From: Lama glama
Taxonomy: Eukaryota
Length of the DNA: 64,000 nucleotides
Direction of reading: 5' to 3'
Assembly: GCA_028534125.1 (NCBI GenBank)
Contig: CM052818.1
Coordinates: 24,740,001-24,804,000, forward strand
Each line of letters starts with the position of its first letter. The first letter of the stretch is position 1. The notes under the pieces were generated by a model, which saw only the letters and a list, made by a program, of their open reading frames with translations, was not told the origin of the DNA and made no database searches. Shown here one piece after another: positions 51,716 through 64,000 of the stretch. A program made the position numbers and the translations under genes.

Positions 51716-52050
51716 AATGTTTACAGTACATTCAATACATCAGCATCCCTGAATTGACCACACATCAGAGAGCACCAAGTTATCTTAAGGGTTGTATGTC
51801 TGTGTTGCTCCTGAAGGAAGAAAAATGTCTAACCCACCTGACCAAGTACATAATGCTTTTTGATGAAGATTGAACCTCTCAGTTCCCACATCTTCTTCCC
51901 TCAAATATTAATATTAATCTCTTGTATCTCTTTAGTTTCTTTTTTGGACATTTACATCCCAATACTATTTAATGAGCAAATATAAATCATTTTCTTGATA
52001 TTACTTGTAGCCTGGTTCAGCATGAGCAGTAGGCAAGAACTGGCCCTCCG

Positions 52051-52069
52051 CAGCGCCACCTAGTGGGTT
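52051..52069 (-). promoter_or_regulatory. Strong CTCF core motif
   Basis: Minus strand reads AACCCACTAGGTGGCGCTG, essentially consensus, as a GC-rich spot in AT-rich surroundings. A TGCAC lies ~17 nt upstream and may be an upstream module. Confidence 0.7.
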
Positions 52070-52879
52070 GGGAAGCACGTGCAGACAAAACTAGTGTGAT
52101 AACTGTTACTTCTCCAAGTTTTTGAGACATAATCTTATATTGCCTTCTAAAATGTACACTACACATTGCGGTATGCTAAAGTGAGAAAGCTGCTTTTATT
52201 TATCCACTTAATATCTATTAAAATGTTTTAAAAAGTATTCAATTCTTTTAAAAATAATCAAAGAAAATACTTTTAACAGACTCTGCACTCTCAGAATATG
52301 AGAAAAGCATGCTTCTAAAAATGTTTAAAATATTTTCTATACATAAACCTAGAACTATTTGTGGAAAAATTAATATTAGTCATGAGCAAAATATTTTAGC
52401 TAATATCTCCCCCCACCACAATGGCAAAAAATTATATCCTTAGTCACTGATTGATTCCAAATACCAAAGAACACAAATTGTGTTTTAGAGAGTGATAAGA
52501 AATAAGGAAAATGCAGATAATTTGGATGGGAGAATGAATACTCATGCAAAAATATATGAATAGTTATGAGGTGTTAAGGGTAGAAGCATCCTCTCTCACA
52601 TAAACACGAAACTTCAAGTTGTGTAATGTACTTTTTCTGGGGCTACAAAAACAATTGAGAATAACCTTTATCTACACTGAAGAGGTAGTAGGGTAAAGGG
52701 GACTACATTTCACTGCGGGTAATTTGCCAATACCTGCCCCGGGCTGATTCTTTTTAATTAAGAAAGATTATAATAGATTCATGATGTCCCTGGAAAACCA
52801 TCAGGCAGTATCTCAGGGAACAGATGCCCACCAACTCCATTCCATAGCAAATGTGAGAATTCAACGATTGGGTTTTTAT

Positions 52880-53720
52880 TCTCTTCTAATAATTTTTAAG
52901 TCTGAAATATTAAACATGTGGAAAAGTATAATGAATAATGAGCACACGTGAACCCACATGAACATATCTTGACACGTTGCACAGTGTGCTTCAAATATTG
53001 TGCTTTGTGTCTTTCTTTTGTTTTGTTTTAAGGAATAAAATATTACAGAAATTGTTGAAGTCCTCTATTAAGCTCCCCCCGAATCTTGTTTCCTTTCTTC
53101 CTACCAGGAGGTAATCACAATCCTGAGATTCGCATGATTCACTCCCATGTGTGTTCTCACTACTACATCCTTCTGTATGTGTGTGTACTCACAAATCACA
53201 TAGTATGGTCAACTGTAAATTTAAACATAATATAGTATGTTTCAACTTTTATTTTCTTTTTTGTTAGTGGAGGGAGGTACTAGGGATTGAAGCCAGGACC
53301 TCATGCATGCATGGCACACGCTGTACCATTGAGCTATACCACCTCCCCAAATATGTTTCAACTTTAAAGAAAAGCTATCAGACTGTATAAAACATCCTGC
53401 AACTAACTTTTTCACTCAGTATTTTTTTAAAAGTATCTACATTGATAAGTGTCATCCTGGTTCATTCGCCTAGAGTGTTGCATGCCCATGTATTCTTATA
53501 TCATGATTTATTTTTCTATGTCTTATTGTGATAGATACTTCAGTTATTTGCATCTCTTGATTATAAACAGGGCTTTAAATAAAATGATTGTGCATGTCTC
53601 TATAAGTACATATGCAAATTTTCTCTAAGGTATTATGTATGGTATGGCATGTAACCCAAAGTAGAATTAGTGAGTAGGCAGATCTTAAACTTGATTAGCT
53701 ATTGCCACATGAATCATCAA
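52880..53720 (-). mobile_element. Ancient L1ME-type 3' region (interrupted by a SINE)
   Basis: aaatattaaacatgtggaaaagtataatgaataat..ccaggaggtaatcacaatcctg..ctgcaactaactttttcactca..tgtgcatgtctct. Confidence 0.7.
53250..53349 (-). mobile_element. tRNA-Ala-derived camelid SINE (vic-1 type) with 14-bp TSD
   Basis: Minus strand reads GGGGAGGTGGTATAGCTCAATGGTACAGCGTGTGCCATGCATGCATGAGGTCCTGGCTTCAATCCCTAGTACCTCC plus A-rich tail, with A and B boxes. TSD tatgtttcaacttt at 53236-53249 and 53352-53365. Confidence 0.88.
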
Positions 53721-53914
53721 GGTAGTTGTTGAAGAAAGAAGTGTTTCTCTATGGAGGAGTTTGAACCGTCCATACCTGGACAACACTCTCAACGATTCCA
53801 TTGGAAGTTAGTCCCTCCTTAACTCAACAAATATTGCATTGTCAGATTACTAAGGGATCTATTGGAGAAAATTTCTGGGATTCTGGCTGAGGACATAAAA
53901 CTCCAAGAATAGTA

Positions 53915-54095
53915 AAAACATGGCAACCACTCGATTACCATTCCCTCCAAATCCATGTCGGACATCACAAATTAATCATACCCTTCTTCTCATTTAGTCC
54001 AGAAATACCCACAGAATACTTCTCAACCCCCAGCACAGTCAGCCCACTCCAATCAGTTGGTGCTGACCAAGAAATTAAACCTATCTGCCGTATCT
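53915..54095. mobile_element. Old hAT-type MER-like MITE (unclassified)
   Basis: Ends catggcaa... and ...aaacctatctgcc, with internal atgtcggacatcac..cagaatacttctcaac. Resembles a recalled hAT MITE; family not certain. Confidence 0.4.
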
Positions 54096-56297
54096 GGCTC
54101 AAAGCAATAAAAGCAAGCATGTGCCCCACACAGGAGTCACGTGTATGAAAATGTATTACAACAAAATGTTAGCTCCATTTAATAATGCATGCTGTAATAA
54201 ACGCTGGCAATTATGAAAAAATATAAAGTGTACCTAGGGAGACTAGTCAAAGATAGAATACGTTGCTTTTGTTTGTTTGTTTTACATTACAGCCTGCACA
54301 AACCTGCTGAACATCTACCCTAGGATGAAAAAGAAATCAGCTTTCAAAATTAAAACAAGTCAGTGTCTGTTAACAATGATGGCATTCTTTTCAGCTTGGG
54401 ATAATTTTCTTTTTTCTCTAGGCACAGCCGTCTTAGCCAAGGGACTAAATTTTGCCTAATTTCTTTTCTTCTAACAGCTTTCTTTGCAATATTTTCCCTA
54501 TCCCTTACGTAGTATTCATTATCCAGAATGTTCAGGCTTATATTAGCAATTTTCATCACCAACCAATGGGATTTCTGAAAATGACAGCAGTATTTCAAAC
54601 CAGTCTGCAGTCCTTTGCTAATACTGGTGACTCAGTGTCACGAAACAGTTGGGCTGCAACCCCTGCCTGACTCTCACTTTAGAGCTATTTTCATCACCTC
54701 TCTTGTTTTATTAAACGAATCACAAAATCTCTCTTCATTCATTTCCTTTCTAACTTTTGAAAGCACTATAATAGAATAAACTTTTTAAATCTTGTGTTGC
54801 TTCTTGTTTCAGTATTTTTTTTTTCATCATGAGCTGAGCAAGAACTCTGGAATTGCATCTACCTGGCTAGAGATATGAAATCTGTAACACACCCAAACAG
54901 AAATGTGTAGGGGCGCTGACCATCTGGTTTTGCCTTCACTAGGGACCAGGGTCTTGCCTGCTATCAAACTCCCCACATCTTTGTGTATAATAATGCCAAG
55001 ATGGAATATCGTTAACTTCAGGATTTTATGAAGACAAAAGGAATTATCAGAATGACTGAATTCACATGTGCTAGGAAACTTTACAAAGAATTTACTATAC
55101 ATATTTATATGTAAAAGTACATAGGGCTTAGCTACTGGTAATACACTTTGGTGGCCATGGCTTTGATGGCCAATTGTGGTGGTCTTTATCCAACCTTGGT
55201 GTGGCTCCCCATCATTATTCTTTCCCTAGATGGTCTTAAATGTGAACCCTTCTTGCTCTCACAGATCATTTGCAGGCTTCTATCATTTTCCCTGGGAGAC
55301 TTCTATCATTTTCTCTGTCTCTGCCTCCACACCCAGAGCCTGCTGTCTGCATAGCTGCTTCACTGTAATTCTGAGATTCATCTGAGCACCGTATCACTAG
55401 AGGAGCAGTGGAAGCAATGTGTTCTACAGTAACGGAGACACAGATGGATGCTACATTTGCATCGTACTGGGAAACTTTCTGTGCAACATCAATAGCTATT
55501 CTCTCCATCAAGGTCATTTAGGAGTATCTGGGGCATTATTATTGAAGTACCTTCAAGCCCAGTCATTAGACCACACGTGTCCTTTGATAGTCACGGGGAA
55601 CCATCACAAGCGACTGATCTGTTTTCTGACCTTCCTGTCCTAAAATATCCTGAACAGTAGAGCAGAATCTTGGCCACTAAAAGGAGCTGAATATCATCAA
55701 TGACAATAGAAGCGTATTTTCACGGCCCTCTCTGGCTGCAAGGAATTTGCAGCCACAAGAAATGGAGATTCACTGACTCAGATAGTAGAAATGGAAACAG
55801 AGATATGATGGTCAAGTCCTAGTTAGCTGTAAGTCCTGCTTCCTTCATGAACCCTGAATGTCTCACCCTACTCATTCATGTCTTCCTTCTTGGAACTCCT
55901 GCTGCATGGCATCTCTACCATACATTATCACGTGGCTAGACACTAAACTGTATACTCTGCCGCTGGGCGCTGCGACCTGTTTTTGAGAACAAGTGCCCCC
56001 AGTGCACAGGAGTCCCTCTCGGCATCTACCTCGTAACTAGGCACATGTCACATGCTCAGTAAATACTACCATTTGATAGCAGAGCAGTCATGACTCACTA
56101 AGGACGTGACTCACTAGGCTATCTCCTGTATAGCAGCCTTCCCCAAATAGAAGCTCATGCCACAAAACCAGACTCTCTCAAGCAGACCCACTGTCAGGCA
56201 CTTCTTCTTGAAATGGAGTGGACAGAGGATGAAAGTTGGATGGTAACCAGCAGACTGTGCCCTGGCTCCTCTGCTGGAACAGATCTGCTCTGCAGCT

Positions 56298-56870
56298 GTT
56301 AGCACTGGTCTAAGTCAGTGCTGGTGTAAGTTAGCGCTGGTCTAAGTTAGCGCTNNNNNNNNNNNNNNNNNNNNNNNNNNNNNNNNNNNNNNNNNNNNNN
56401 NNNNNNNNNNNNNNNNNNNNNNNNNNNNNNNNNNNNNNNNNNNNNNNNNNNNNNNNNNNNNNNNNNNNNNNNNNNNNNNNNNNNNNNNNNNNNNNNNNNN
56501 NNNNNNNNNNNNNNNNNNNNNNNNNNNNNNNNNNNNNNNNNNNNNNNNNNNNNNNNNNNNNNNNNNNNNNNNNNNNNNNNNNNNNNNNNNNNNNNNNNNN
56601 NNNNNNNNNNNNNNNNNNNNNNNNNNNNNNNNNNNNNNNNNNNNNNNNNNNNNNNNNNNNNNNNNNNNNNNNNNNNNNNNNNNNNNNNNNNNNNNNNNNN
56701 NNNNNNNNNNNNNNNNNNNNNNNNNNNNNNNNNNNNNNNNNNNNNNNNNNNNNNNNNNNNNNNNNNNNNNNNNNNNNNNNNNNNNNNNNNNNNNNNNNNN
56801 NNNNNNNNNNNNNNNNNNNNNNNNNNNNNNNNNNNNNNNNNNNNNNNNNNNNNNGCTGGTACAAGTGCAG
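56298..56870. repeat. 16-bp minisatellite spanning a 500-N assembly gap (N 56355-56854)
   Basis: gttagcactggtctaa / gtcagtgctggtgtaa / gttagcgctggtctaa / gttagcgct before the gap; gctggtacaagt after it. Confidence 0.8.
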
Positions 56871-59184
56871 AGCAGGTCTGCAAGATACCAGTGTCAGACT
56901 GGATATCACATCATCACTGCCAATCTCCCCATTGAAATGCCAACACCCTGCATCATCCTTGAATTCCCTCAGGTAGCCACGTGAACCTTAATGAGGAGCC
57001 TGTTTCATGGTGAATGTTCAAGGTAGAGCATCCAATGCCCTGCTTGGGGGTGAAGAAAGGCGGACTCTAGATCATTTTCTCTCTTTCTCTTATTTTGCTT
57101 AAAAAGAAATGAGTTGTGAGGCCAATTGTGATAAAGCTATCAGACCTGTGACCCTAACAGAGAGGAAAGGAGACCTACGTGGTCTGCTGTGCCAATGAAG
57201 CATGAAATGGAAGGCGATTCATTTTTTTCCCTACATAATCCCAGAGCAAAAATAAACCAACGGCTAGTTCTAACTCCCAAACCAAGTGCCATTATTATAC
57301 AGAATCCCCCTCTTCAATGAATCTATAGCTCCTTCTATCTTTGACAATGCCCTTCAATTATCCAAGTAACATCTATTCAAAATCAAAGCAGGATGCAGAC
57401 TCCTGCACAACAATTATACTTTGATTTATTCATTCAGTCTGCAGACAATGCTTGGTACACACATAAAGTCACTCATGAATTCTATGTAGTTCTCAGCCCC
57501 TAAGATGTATGGTCCACAGATTGAGAATGACAATATTCACTTGACAAGGAAGCATTGGCCAAAAACAAGGATTGTCTTGAGTTGCTGTATTAATTCATTT
57601 AAAAGTAAACTGCATATATAAAAGGATCTCATTTGTTTTGTTCAGTGTTATCCCCAGGTCCTAGAACAGCATGTATCATAATAGGTATTAATTAGACAGT
57701 GGTTAAATGTTACACAAGTTCATGTAATTTAATATCATTTTTCACGTATTCATGGTTTCTTTGTCCTCTCCTCTTGCCTTTTCCCACATCCGAGTCCTCT
57801 CTGGAAGACAGTCACATCTGAGGCCCACACATCGATGCTTTGACTCAGTAATTATCATGGGACTTTGAAGCACTGTGCTAAACCTAAAGGAGGCTATTTG
57901 GAGGCAGTAATTAAAGTTGTTTCTTATCGCCCTTAAAACAGACTGAATGGGTGCACTCCCAATGACATCACAGTCTTTTCATTTTAAAGTTAACCCCAAC
58001 AAATGGTGGACAAAGCAAACCCTAGCAAAACAGTGAGAACACAAAAGAAGAGGGGTACAGAAAAAATTCTCGGTGAGGCTATCGCACGCGACTTTGCCTG
58101 GTTAGTTCCACAGACGCTGGGCGGAAGGGGTGTGGGAGTGAGGGTGAAGTCGGGGATGTGGGAAGGGAGAATTTGCCAGCAATCCTGGATATGCAGCTTC
58201 AGACTTGGTTGCAATGGAAGTTTTAGAATTAAAAACCCCTTGAGCATCTCTGAGACAAGAGAAAGGACACAGAAGAACATTTAAATCATCTTCCCCTTGC
58301 AAAACAAATCAAAGAGTTGAGACAGTTTTATGCCACATAATGGAAAGTCAGGTTTCAACCTTGCAGAAGAATAGGTGCTTTTCAATTTGAAAATCGTGTT
58401 TGGGAATTAATAGTATCATTAACATTTTAAAATGCTGTTCTGAGCACATGCACTGGAAAATTACAGTAACGTGAAGCCCCCGTATTGAACAGCTCACTGC
58501 TTCTAAATGCCCTGCTCTCAATCAGAGCAAACACACCAAGCTGAAGAAGGGACACACTGGCCCTTTTTCATTATGACATACACAAACAATATGGTCCCCA
58601 GACTATCTTAATGAAAGCTGTGGTCCTCCCTCAGTTTTCCTCCTAAACTACTTCCTCCTATGTCTTTTAAAACAAAGAACACAGCAGGACTTAAACGTGG
58701 AATCTTTCAGAGATACCCACATTTTTTTTTCTCCTTTAAAAAGACGACAAGACATTGCAGTCAATTTCAGTATTTTCACATTAACTCACTGAGTTATACC
58801 TTTGATCCTCAGGGACAATCAAATCCAATCTGTTAAGGAGTTGTTAATATTTAGATATAAGGGAAATAGCAGATCAAAATGTACATATAACTCTCAAATC
58901 TCACAACGCAAGTAAAATTAAGAAGAAAGCATGAATATCTATATTCTTCTAATAGCATAGCTTTGAATTTTCATCAACAGTAGAATCACTGAGGCAGGGG
59001 AAAGGGAGCATGCCCACCTCATAGGCTCACGTGACTGCATTCACCTTCTTCTCTTTGTGACGTGAAGGATATATTTGGTCAAGAAGCAAAAAGACCCAAA
59101 TTGAATCATGGCTCTACCTAGCCATGTAGCTTTGAGCAAGACTTTCTTGGAGCTTTGGTTCCCTCATTTATAACTCTATCCCAC

Positions 59185-60030
59185 ACCCTTTCTTGAGTTC
59201 CACATATGTAAATCCAACTGTCTTTCTGACATCTCCACCTTGACAATCCAAAGTATCTCAATCTAACAAGAAACTAACTTGTGAAATTCTACCATGAACT
59301 TGGTTCTCTCCCATTCTTCCTTGTCTGTCCACCTGAGCTAACCAGAAATCTGAAAGCTGTGTCTGACATCACCCTCTCTTCGTACGTCCAAACCATTACC
59401 AAGTTTTCTTAAATTTATACCTTGCATCTGTGCCCACCCCTGTCCATCTCCACCACAGCACCACCCCCATTCAAGCCACCCTCCCTCTCATCAGCACTGT
59501 GAGAGCTTCTTCACCAGACTACCTCCATCTACTCTTGTTCCTCTGATTATTTGTCCATTTAATCAGTATTCTTTCTGAAATACAAATTTGATCATATCAC
59601 CCCTCCACTTAACATACTTCAGTGACTTAGTCTAGCTATTTGGAAATCCAGCAATGTTCTCTGAACTCTTATCACACAACCCTTCTTTCAGTCACTTGTT
59701 CCCCACCCACACACAGGGCCTTTGCACATGCTATTCCCCAACCTGCATTACTGCCTATTCTCCAGTCAATATCTAATCTTCCGTCAGACCTCATTTCAAT
59801 TCTTACTCAGAGAAGTTTCTCTCACCTCCATATTATGTCAATTTCCCTTATAATACATGTTCATGGTATAATTACAATTGTAATTTTTCATCTCTTTTGT
59901 GATTATTTGAATATCACCAGCTTTCCCATTAGACTCGAAGCTCCCTAAAGGCAGAAACCCAATCTCGCTTTTCTCACCTGGCATATGCACAAGAAGTACT
60001 TGCTGCACAATTGAGTGCACCAATGAATAC
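59185..60030 (+). mobile_element. L2 LINE fragment (~850 bp)
   Basis: atccaactgtctttctgacatctccacctt..aaatttgatcatatcacccctc..gggcctttgcacatgctattccc..attagactcgaagctccctaaaggcag. Confidence 0.85.
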
Positions 60031-60798
60031 ACATAAGTTAATAAAGCTACAAAGTGAAGAAGGCTCTGACCACCAAAATCCTCCAGGCCTATTATTGAAC
60101 TTCTCTGTGTGATCACTAGCTGCCTTAAAATGAAGCAAAGCTGTTTAACTCTACATCCAAAGTTGGCCTAATGTCATATTTCATTGCTAGCATAAATATG
60201 TGGATCATGAAAAAAATTCCTATATATCTAAATGCTTCAAAAGTGAGCAAGCCATAAGATGCTATAGGGAAGGTATACAGGAAGGAAACACTTTGGTGGA
60301 GAAGTTGAAAACGGGAAAGACTGGCCCAGACAAATGCTGACAAAGGGAACAGCCTAGATAAAAATTATACGAGCGGAAAGGGGGAAGGGGGTTAGAGGGT
60401 GGAGCACATGAGAAGGATGACCCACACAAGGAGAAAAAGAGATGGGAAATTATGAAATAATAGAGCTGAGTCATGTATCACCATGAACCACCTCACCTCA
60501 CACAGGCCCTGACTGAGCAGATGCCCCGTGAAATAGTTCAGGGCTAGAAGTTGAATTTTTCTGCTTGGGCCAGCAGTTTCACTGCAGCGTTTCACTTCGG
60601 GCAGCCTCAAAGGTATGAGAGCCATGATCGTTTCCTGCCAGCAGCATGCTATTTTGTTGGCTGTGCTCATGGCAAAACAGTGTGACTCTGGCTGGAAACG
60701 AGTTTCTTGATTACCTGCATGAAAACTCTCGCTGCAGGCTCTGGGAACAGATTCCAGGAAAGGGCAGGCAACCGAGGTGCTGCAGAAGCTCCCAAGAG

Positions 60799-60800
<2 letters not shown>

Positions 60801-60842
<42 letters not shown>
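60801..60842. repeat. (AC)21 microsatellite
   Basis: Perfect AC repeat. Confidence 0.97.
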
Positions 60843-60844
<2 letters not shown>

Positions 60845-62435
60845 CTCTTAAGCAACACAGAAGTAACAGAAGTAATGGCCACAGGGGTTTTTCACTTAAC
60901 TAAAAACAAGAGAGAAATATATGTCACTGCATTTAGAAATAAGCACCTTTTATGGAAAATCTCTTTCCTAAGACTACATCCAGAAATCTAAGGGCCTCTG
61001 TACTTGGCTCAAGCCCCTACTCAACTTTTGACATCCCCCAACCTCCAACTATTTTAGGGCATAGTTTTTATCCCTTCCCCTTGGTGACTAGTGCACTAAG
61101 CCCCCTTCCTGCAAGATGTGAGCTGACAGTTGGGACCCAGCCCTGTCTCGAGGGTGTTCCCAGCCTGCAGGGAGACCCGGCAGCAGCCTCAGGGGAGTGC
61201 CTTGTTCACCGTTCCCTCCTGCCTTCACGGCTCCAGGCCTCTGGCTGAGAGGTGGGATTCCACAGTACTGGTGTTTCAGAGCCCCAGAGGGTTCTGCTGA
61301 GCCCTCTCATAACAACTACACCTTCCAAGACATAAATCTTAAAGGGAATTTGGTCAGGATCTCTTAGCATTGGATCAGGGACTCTCCTCTCTGACACCCC
61401 ACCAGTCCATCCCCTTCAAGTCCTCAGGGCTGAGGGAAGATGCAGGTGTGCAAACTTTCCCTCGGCTCCAGGTGGTTTTCATATCAAAGGAGCCTCTCAA
61501 TGAAGTTCAGAAAAGAGCCCATAAATTCTCTCCTGGCAAATTCAAACTCAGGTTATTTAGGGAGCTTACCCCCAAGTCTCTCCCATATGTCCTTCCAATA
61601 AGACATCAGGATGCATTTGAGAATTAGGATCAGGAAAAACCCTGAGTTTCCAAATACAGCCATTCAAGCTAATCTCCAAAAACAGAGGCAGTGCCATTAT
61701 TTTTTTTAAGGGATCATAGATTTAAGATGAAAATCATAGCTCTCCAATGATATAACATGGAGGAAACATTATCTCAGAAAAATGAGCAGAGGAAATAGGA
61801 AAAAATAAAAATTACTTTTAGTACCCAGATGGCTCTCTGGCAAACTATCGTATTTAGTCTTTAGTACCTGATTAAATTTCATCCCTGGGAAAAAAAAAAT
61901 CAAGCAAATATGGATGTAAAGTAGATCTTCCAAATATAGAACTGCCTCTGTTCTCAAGGGACCCACCAAACCTTTCCAGTGATTGAGAACAATATACACA
62001 TTAGGGTTAAGACAACTGTAAGAGTTACCTAATTAAAAAAAACTCAATTACAAAATAATGGGAACATTAACCATACAAAAGAAACCAAAGAGACTTGGTA
62101 TACAGTCAGTAACTTATAAGCTTGACAATACAAATTTTACATCCAGTCCTAGTTTACATTGAAAGGAGCTATTTATATTTCATCAAAGCACGAGCTGGAC
62201 CATGAGAAGAAGCAAAAGGACCAGAGGGCAGGGGGAATGTTGCCTTACTCTAAAAGATCCCAATATGATGCTTAGAAGCAAGGCATCATCCTTATGATGC
62301 ATCCTTTTTTTTTTTTTGCCCTCAAAAAGATCCTACAATCTTGCAAACTCTGAAAAAATTTACCCCAAAGTGGAAATAATATACTGATTGTTTCTCTCAG
62401 GATGCTACATTTATACCTTTTGACTATATAAAGTA

Positions 62436-63030
62436 TATGTATGTGCACCCCGATGTTCACAGCAGCACTATATACAACAGCCAAGACATGGAAGCAACCT
62501 AAATGTCCATTGACAGATGACTGGATAAAGAAGCTGTGGTACATTTATTCGGTGGAATACTACTCAGCCATAAAAAGAACAAAATAATGTCATTTGCAGC
62601 AACATAGATGGACCTGGAGATCATCATTCTAAGTGAAGTAAGCCAGAAAGAGAAAGAAAAATACCAAATGTTATCACTTATATGTGGAATATAAAAATAG
62701 AAAAAAGAAGACACTAATGAACTCATCTACAAAACAGAAACAGACTCACAGACAGTAAACAATCTTACGGTTACCGGGGGGAAAGGAGGTGAAAAGGGAT
62801 AAACTGGGAGTTTGGGATTTGCAAATATAAAAATTGATTTAAAAAAAAACAAATTTCTTCTGTATAGCACAGGGAACTATACTCAATATCTTGTAGTAAC
62901 CTATAATGAAAAAGAATATGAAAACAAATATATTTATGTATCCGTATGACTGAAACATTGTGTTTTACACCAGAAATTGACACATTGTAACTGACACATT
63001 GTAGCTGACTATACTTCAGTTTTTTAAAAA
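62436..63030 (+). mobile_element. Young camelid-type L1 3' end
   Basis: tgcaccccgatgttcacagcagcacta..gtaagccagaaagagaaagaaaaatacc..ctgactatacttca. Highly similar to 48265-48850. Confidence 0.93.
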
Positions 63031-63322
63031 AGTTGCTGTAACATTTATAGCAGGGGGGAAAAAAGGATATAATCTAAGTATTTGATAATAGGGAAATGTC
63101 CAATAATTTATCTACAACATAAAATTTTATAACAGTTTTTAAATGTAGTTGTAGAAATATTGTATATATTAAATGGAAAGGCAAAATACATAAATCTGGA
63201 AGAAAGATATACATATTCGAATCTACTGAGAAAAGCAAATCAATACACTGGGTAATTTTTACCTGATAAAAATTTTCATCAGAAACCATCTCAGTTGCCT
63301 CACATTTCCTTTGGGTCCTAAT

Positions 63323-63553
63323 TAAGGTTGCATTTAGCCAATAAAAGTACAGCAGATCAGTTAAATTTTAATTTCAGATTTAAAGACCACTAATTTTCAG
63401 TATAATTAGTATAAAATGTAAATTACTATAATAAATTAACTTTTTAATATAGTATGCATGCAATTTGGGGACATACCTATATCCCCCAAATTTTATTTTT
63501 TATCTGAAAATTCAAATGTGACTGTATGTCCTGTATTTTACTTGGCATACCTA
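63323..63553. mobile_element. MER53-like palindromic hAT MITE
   Basis: Arms aggttgc..aataaaagtacag..cagttaaattttaatttcagat and atctgaaaattcaaatgtgactg..tcctgtattttacttggcataccta are inverted. Confidence 0.8.
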
Positions 63554-64000
63554 CTCTGATTTCTTCCAAGATACCAAATCAAATGGAGAACCAGAAAAAG
63601 AGGTTAGTTCTGGGGAGGAAAAGATCCTTCAAATGCTGGTGACCTGTCTTCTCATGTATGGCCCAGTGGAGAAAGGATACGTTGGGCATGGTTTGTCACT
63701 ATCAGCGTGGAGTTTCCCACCAAGCTTCTCCAATGATCAGCTCATCCTGGATGACTTTGGCTTAAACACTAATCCCTAGTATGGCCAGCAATGATGAACC
63801 ATTTCTACAAATATGGTGCAAACCACAGAAATTTCACACAGAAATAAAAATCTCAATTGCATTTCTCTGATGGGGAATAATAGGCACTTAGACTTTCTAG
63901 ATTCCTCTCCATGACAACAGTTCAAATGGAGAAAATAAAATATAAAAATGCTTCCATCATGTCAACCTTGAAAATGTGTATATCTATATGCAAACAAATT

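Noticed and set aside
53270..53349. Functional tRNA-Ala gene
   Set aside because: Mismatched stems, an A-rich tail and a 14-bp TSD indicate a SINE insertion.
54350..54598. Protein-like minus-strand ORF (ISLNILDNEYYVRDRENIAKK...)
   Set aside because: No recognisable family or flanking splice sites; the plus-strand Penelope-like reading is the better lead.
56298..56354. Short direct repeats as a CRISPR-like array
   Set aside because: Units are head-to-tail with no unique spacers, so this is a minisatellite.
56331..56909. Long ORFs of 178-192 aa
   Set aside because: Artefacts of translating the 500-N gap.
1..64000. Prokaryotic-type systems (CRISPR arrays, operons, defence islands)
   Set aside because: The sequence is mammalian and repeat-rich, with no long ORFs, no gene-dense organisation and no repeat-spacer arrays.

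Overview
This is mammalian nuclear DNA, almost certainly camelid: it carries a tRNA-Ala-derived vic-1-type SINE with a target-site duplication (TSD) and several young artiodactyl/camelid-type L1 3' ends. I recognise no protein-coding exon, intact RNA gene, CRISPR array or prokaryotic system; the window reads as a large intron or intergenic tract. Much of it is decayed interspersed repeat: L1 (including a ~3.3 kb old L1MC-type copy and an L1 with a clean twin-priming 5' inversion), L2, MIR, CR1/L3, MaLR and ERV1 solo LTRs, and hAT MITEs. A 500-N assembly gap sits inside a 16-bp minisatellite. The repeat-free islands look regulatory: six TGACAG (MEIS/TGIF) sites in 280 bp, an octamer/TCF/FOX cluster, a SOX cluster, a CpG-enriched CRE/E-box/YY1 promoter-like patch, and several co-oriented CTCF motifs. 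The least expected signal is a short Penelope-like retroelement peptide motif (VLAKGLNFA) at ~54.4 kb. Repeat subfamily names come from recalled consensus sequences, and boundaries without TSDs are approximate. I see no convincing evidence of a novel multi-gene system.
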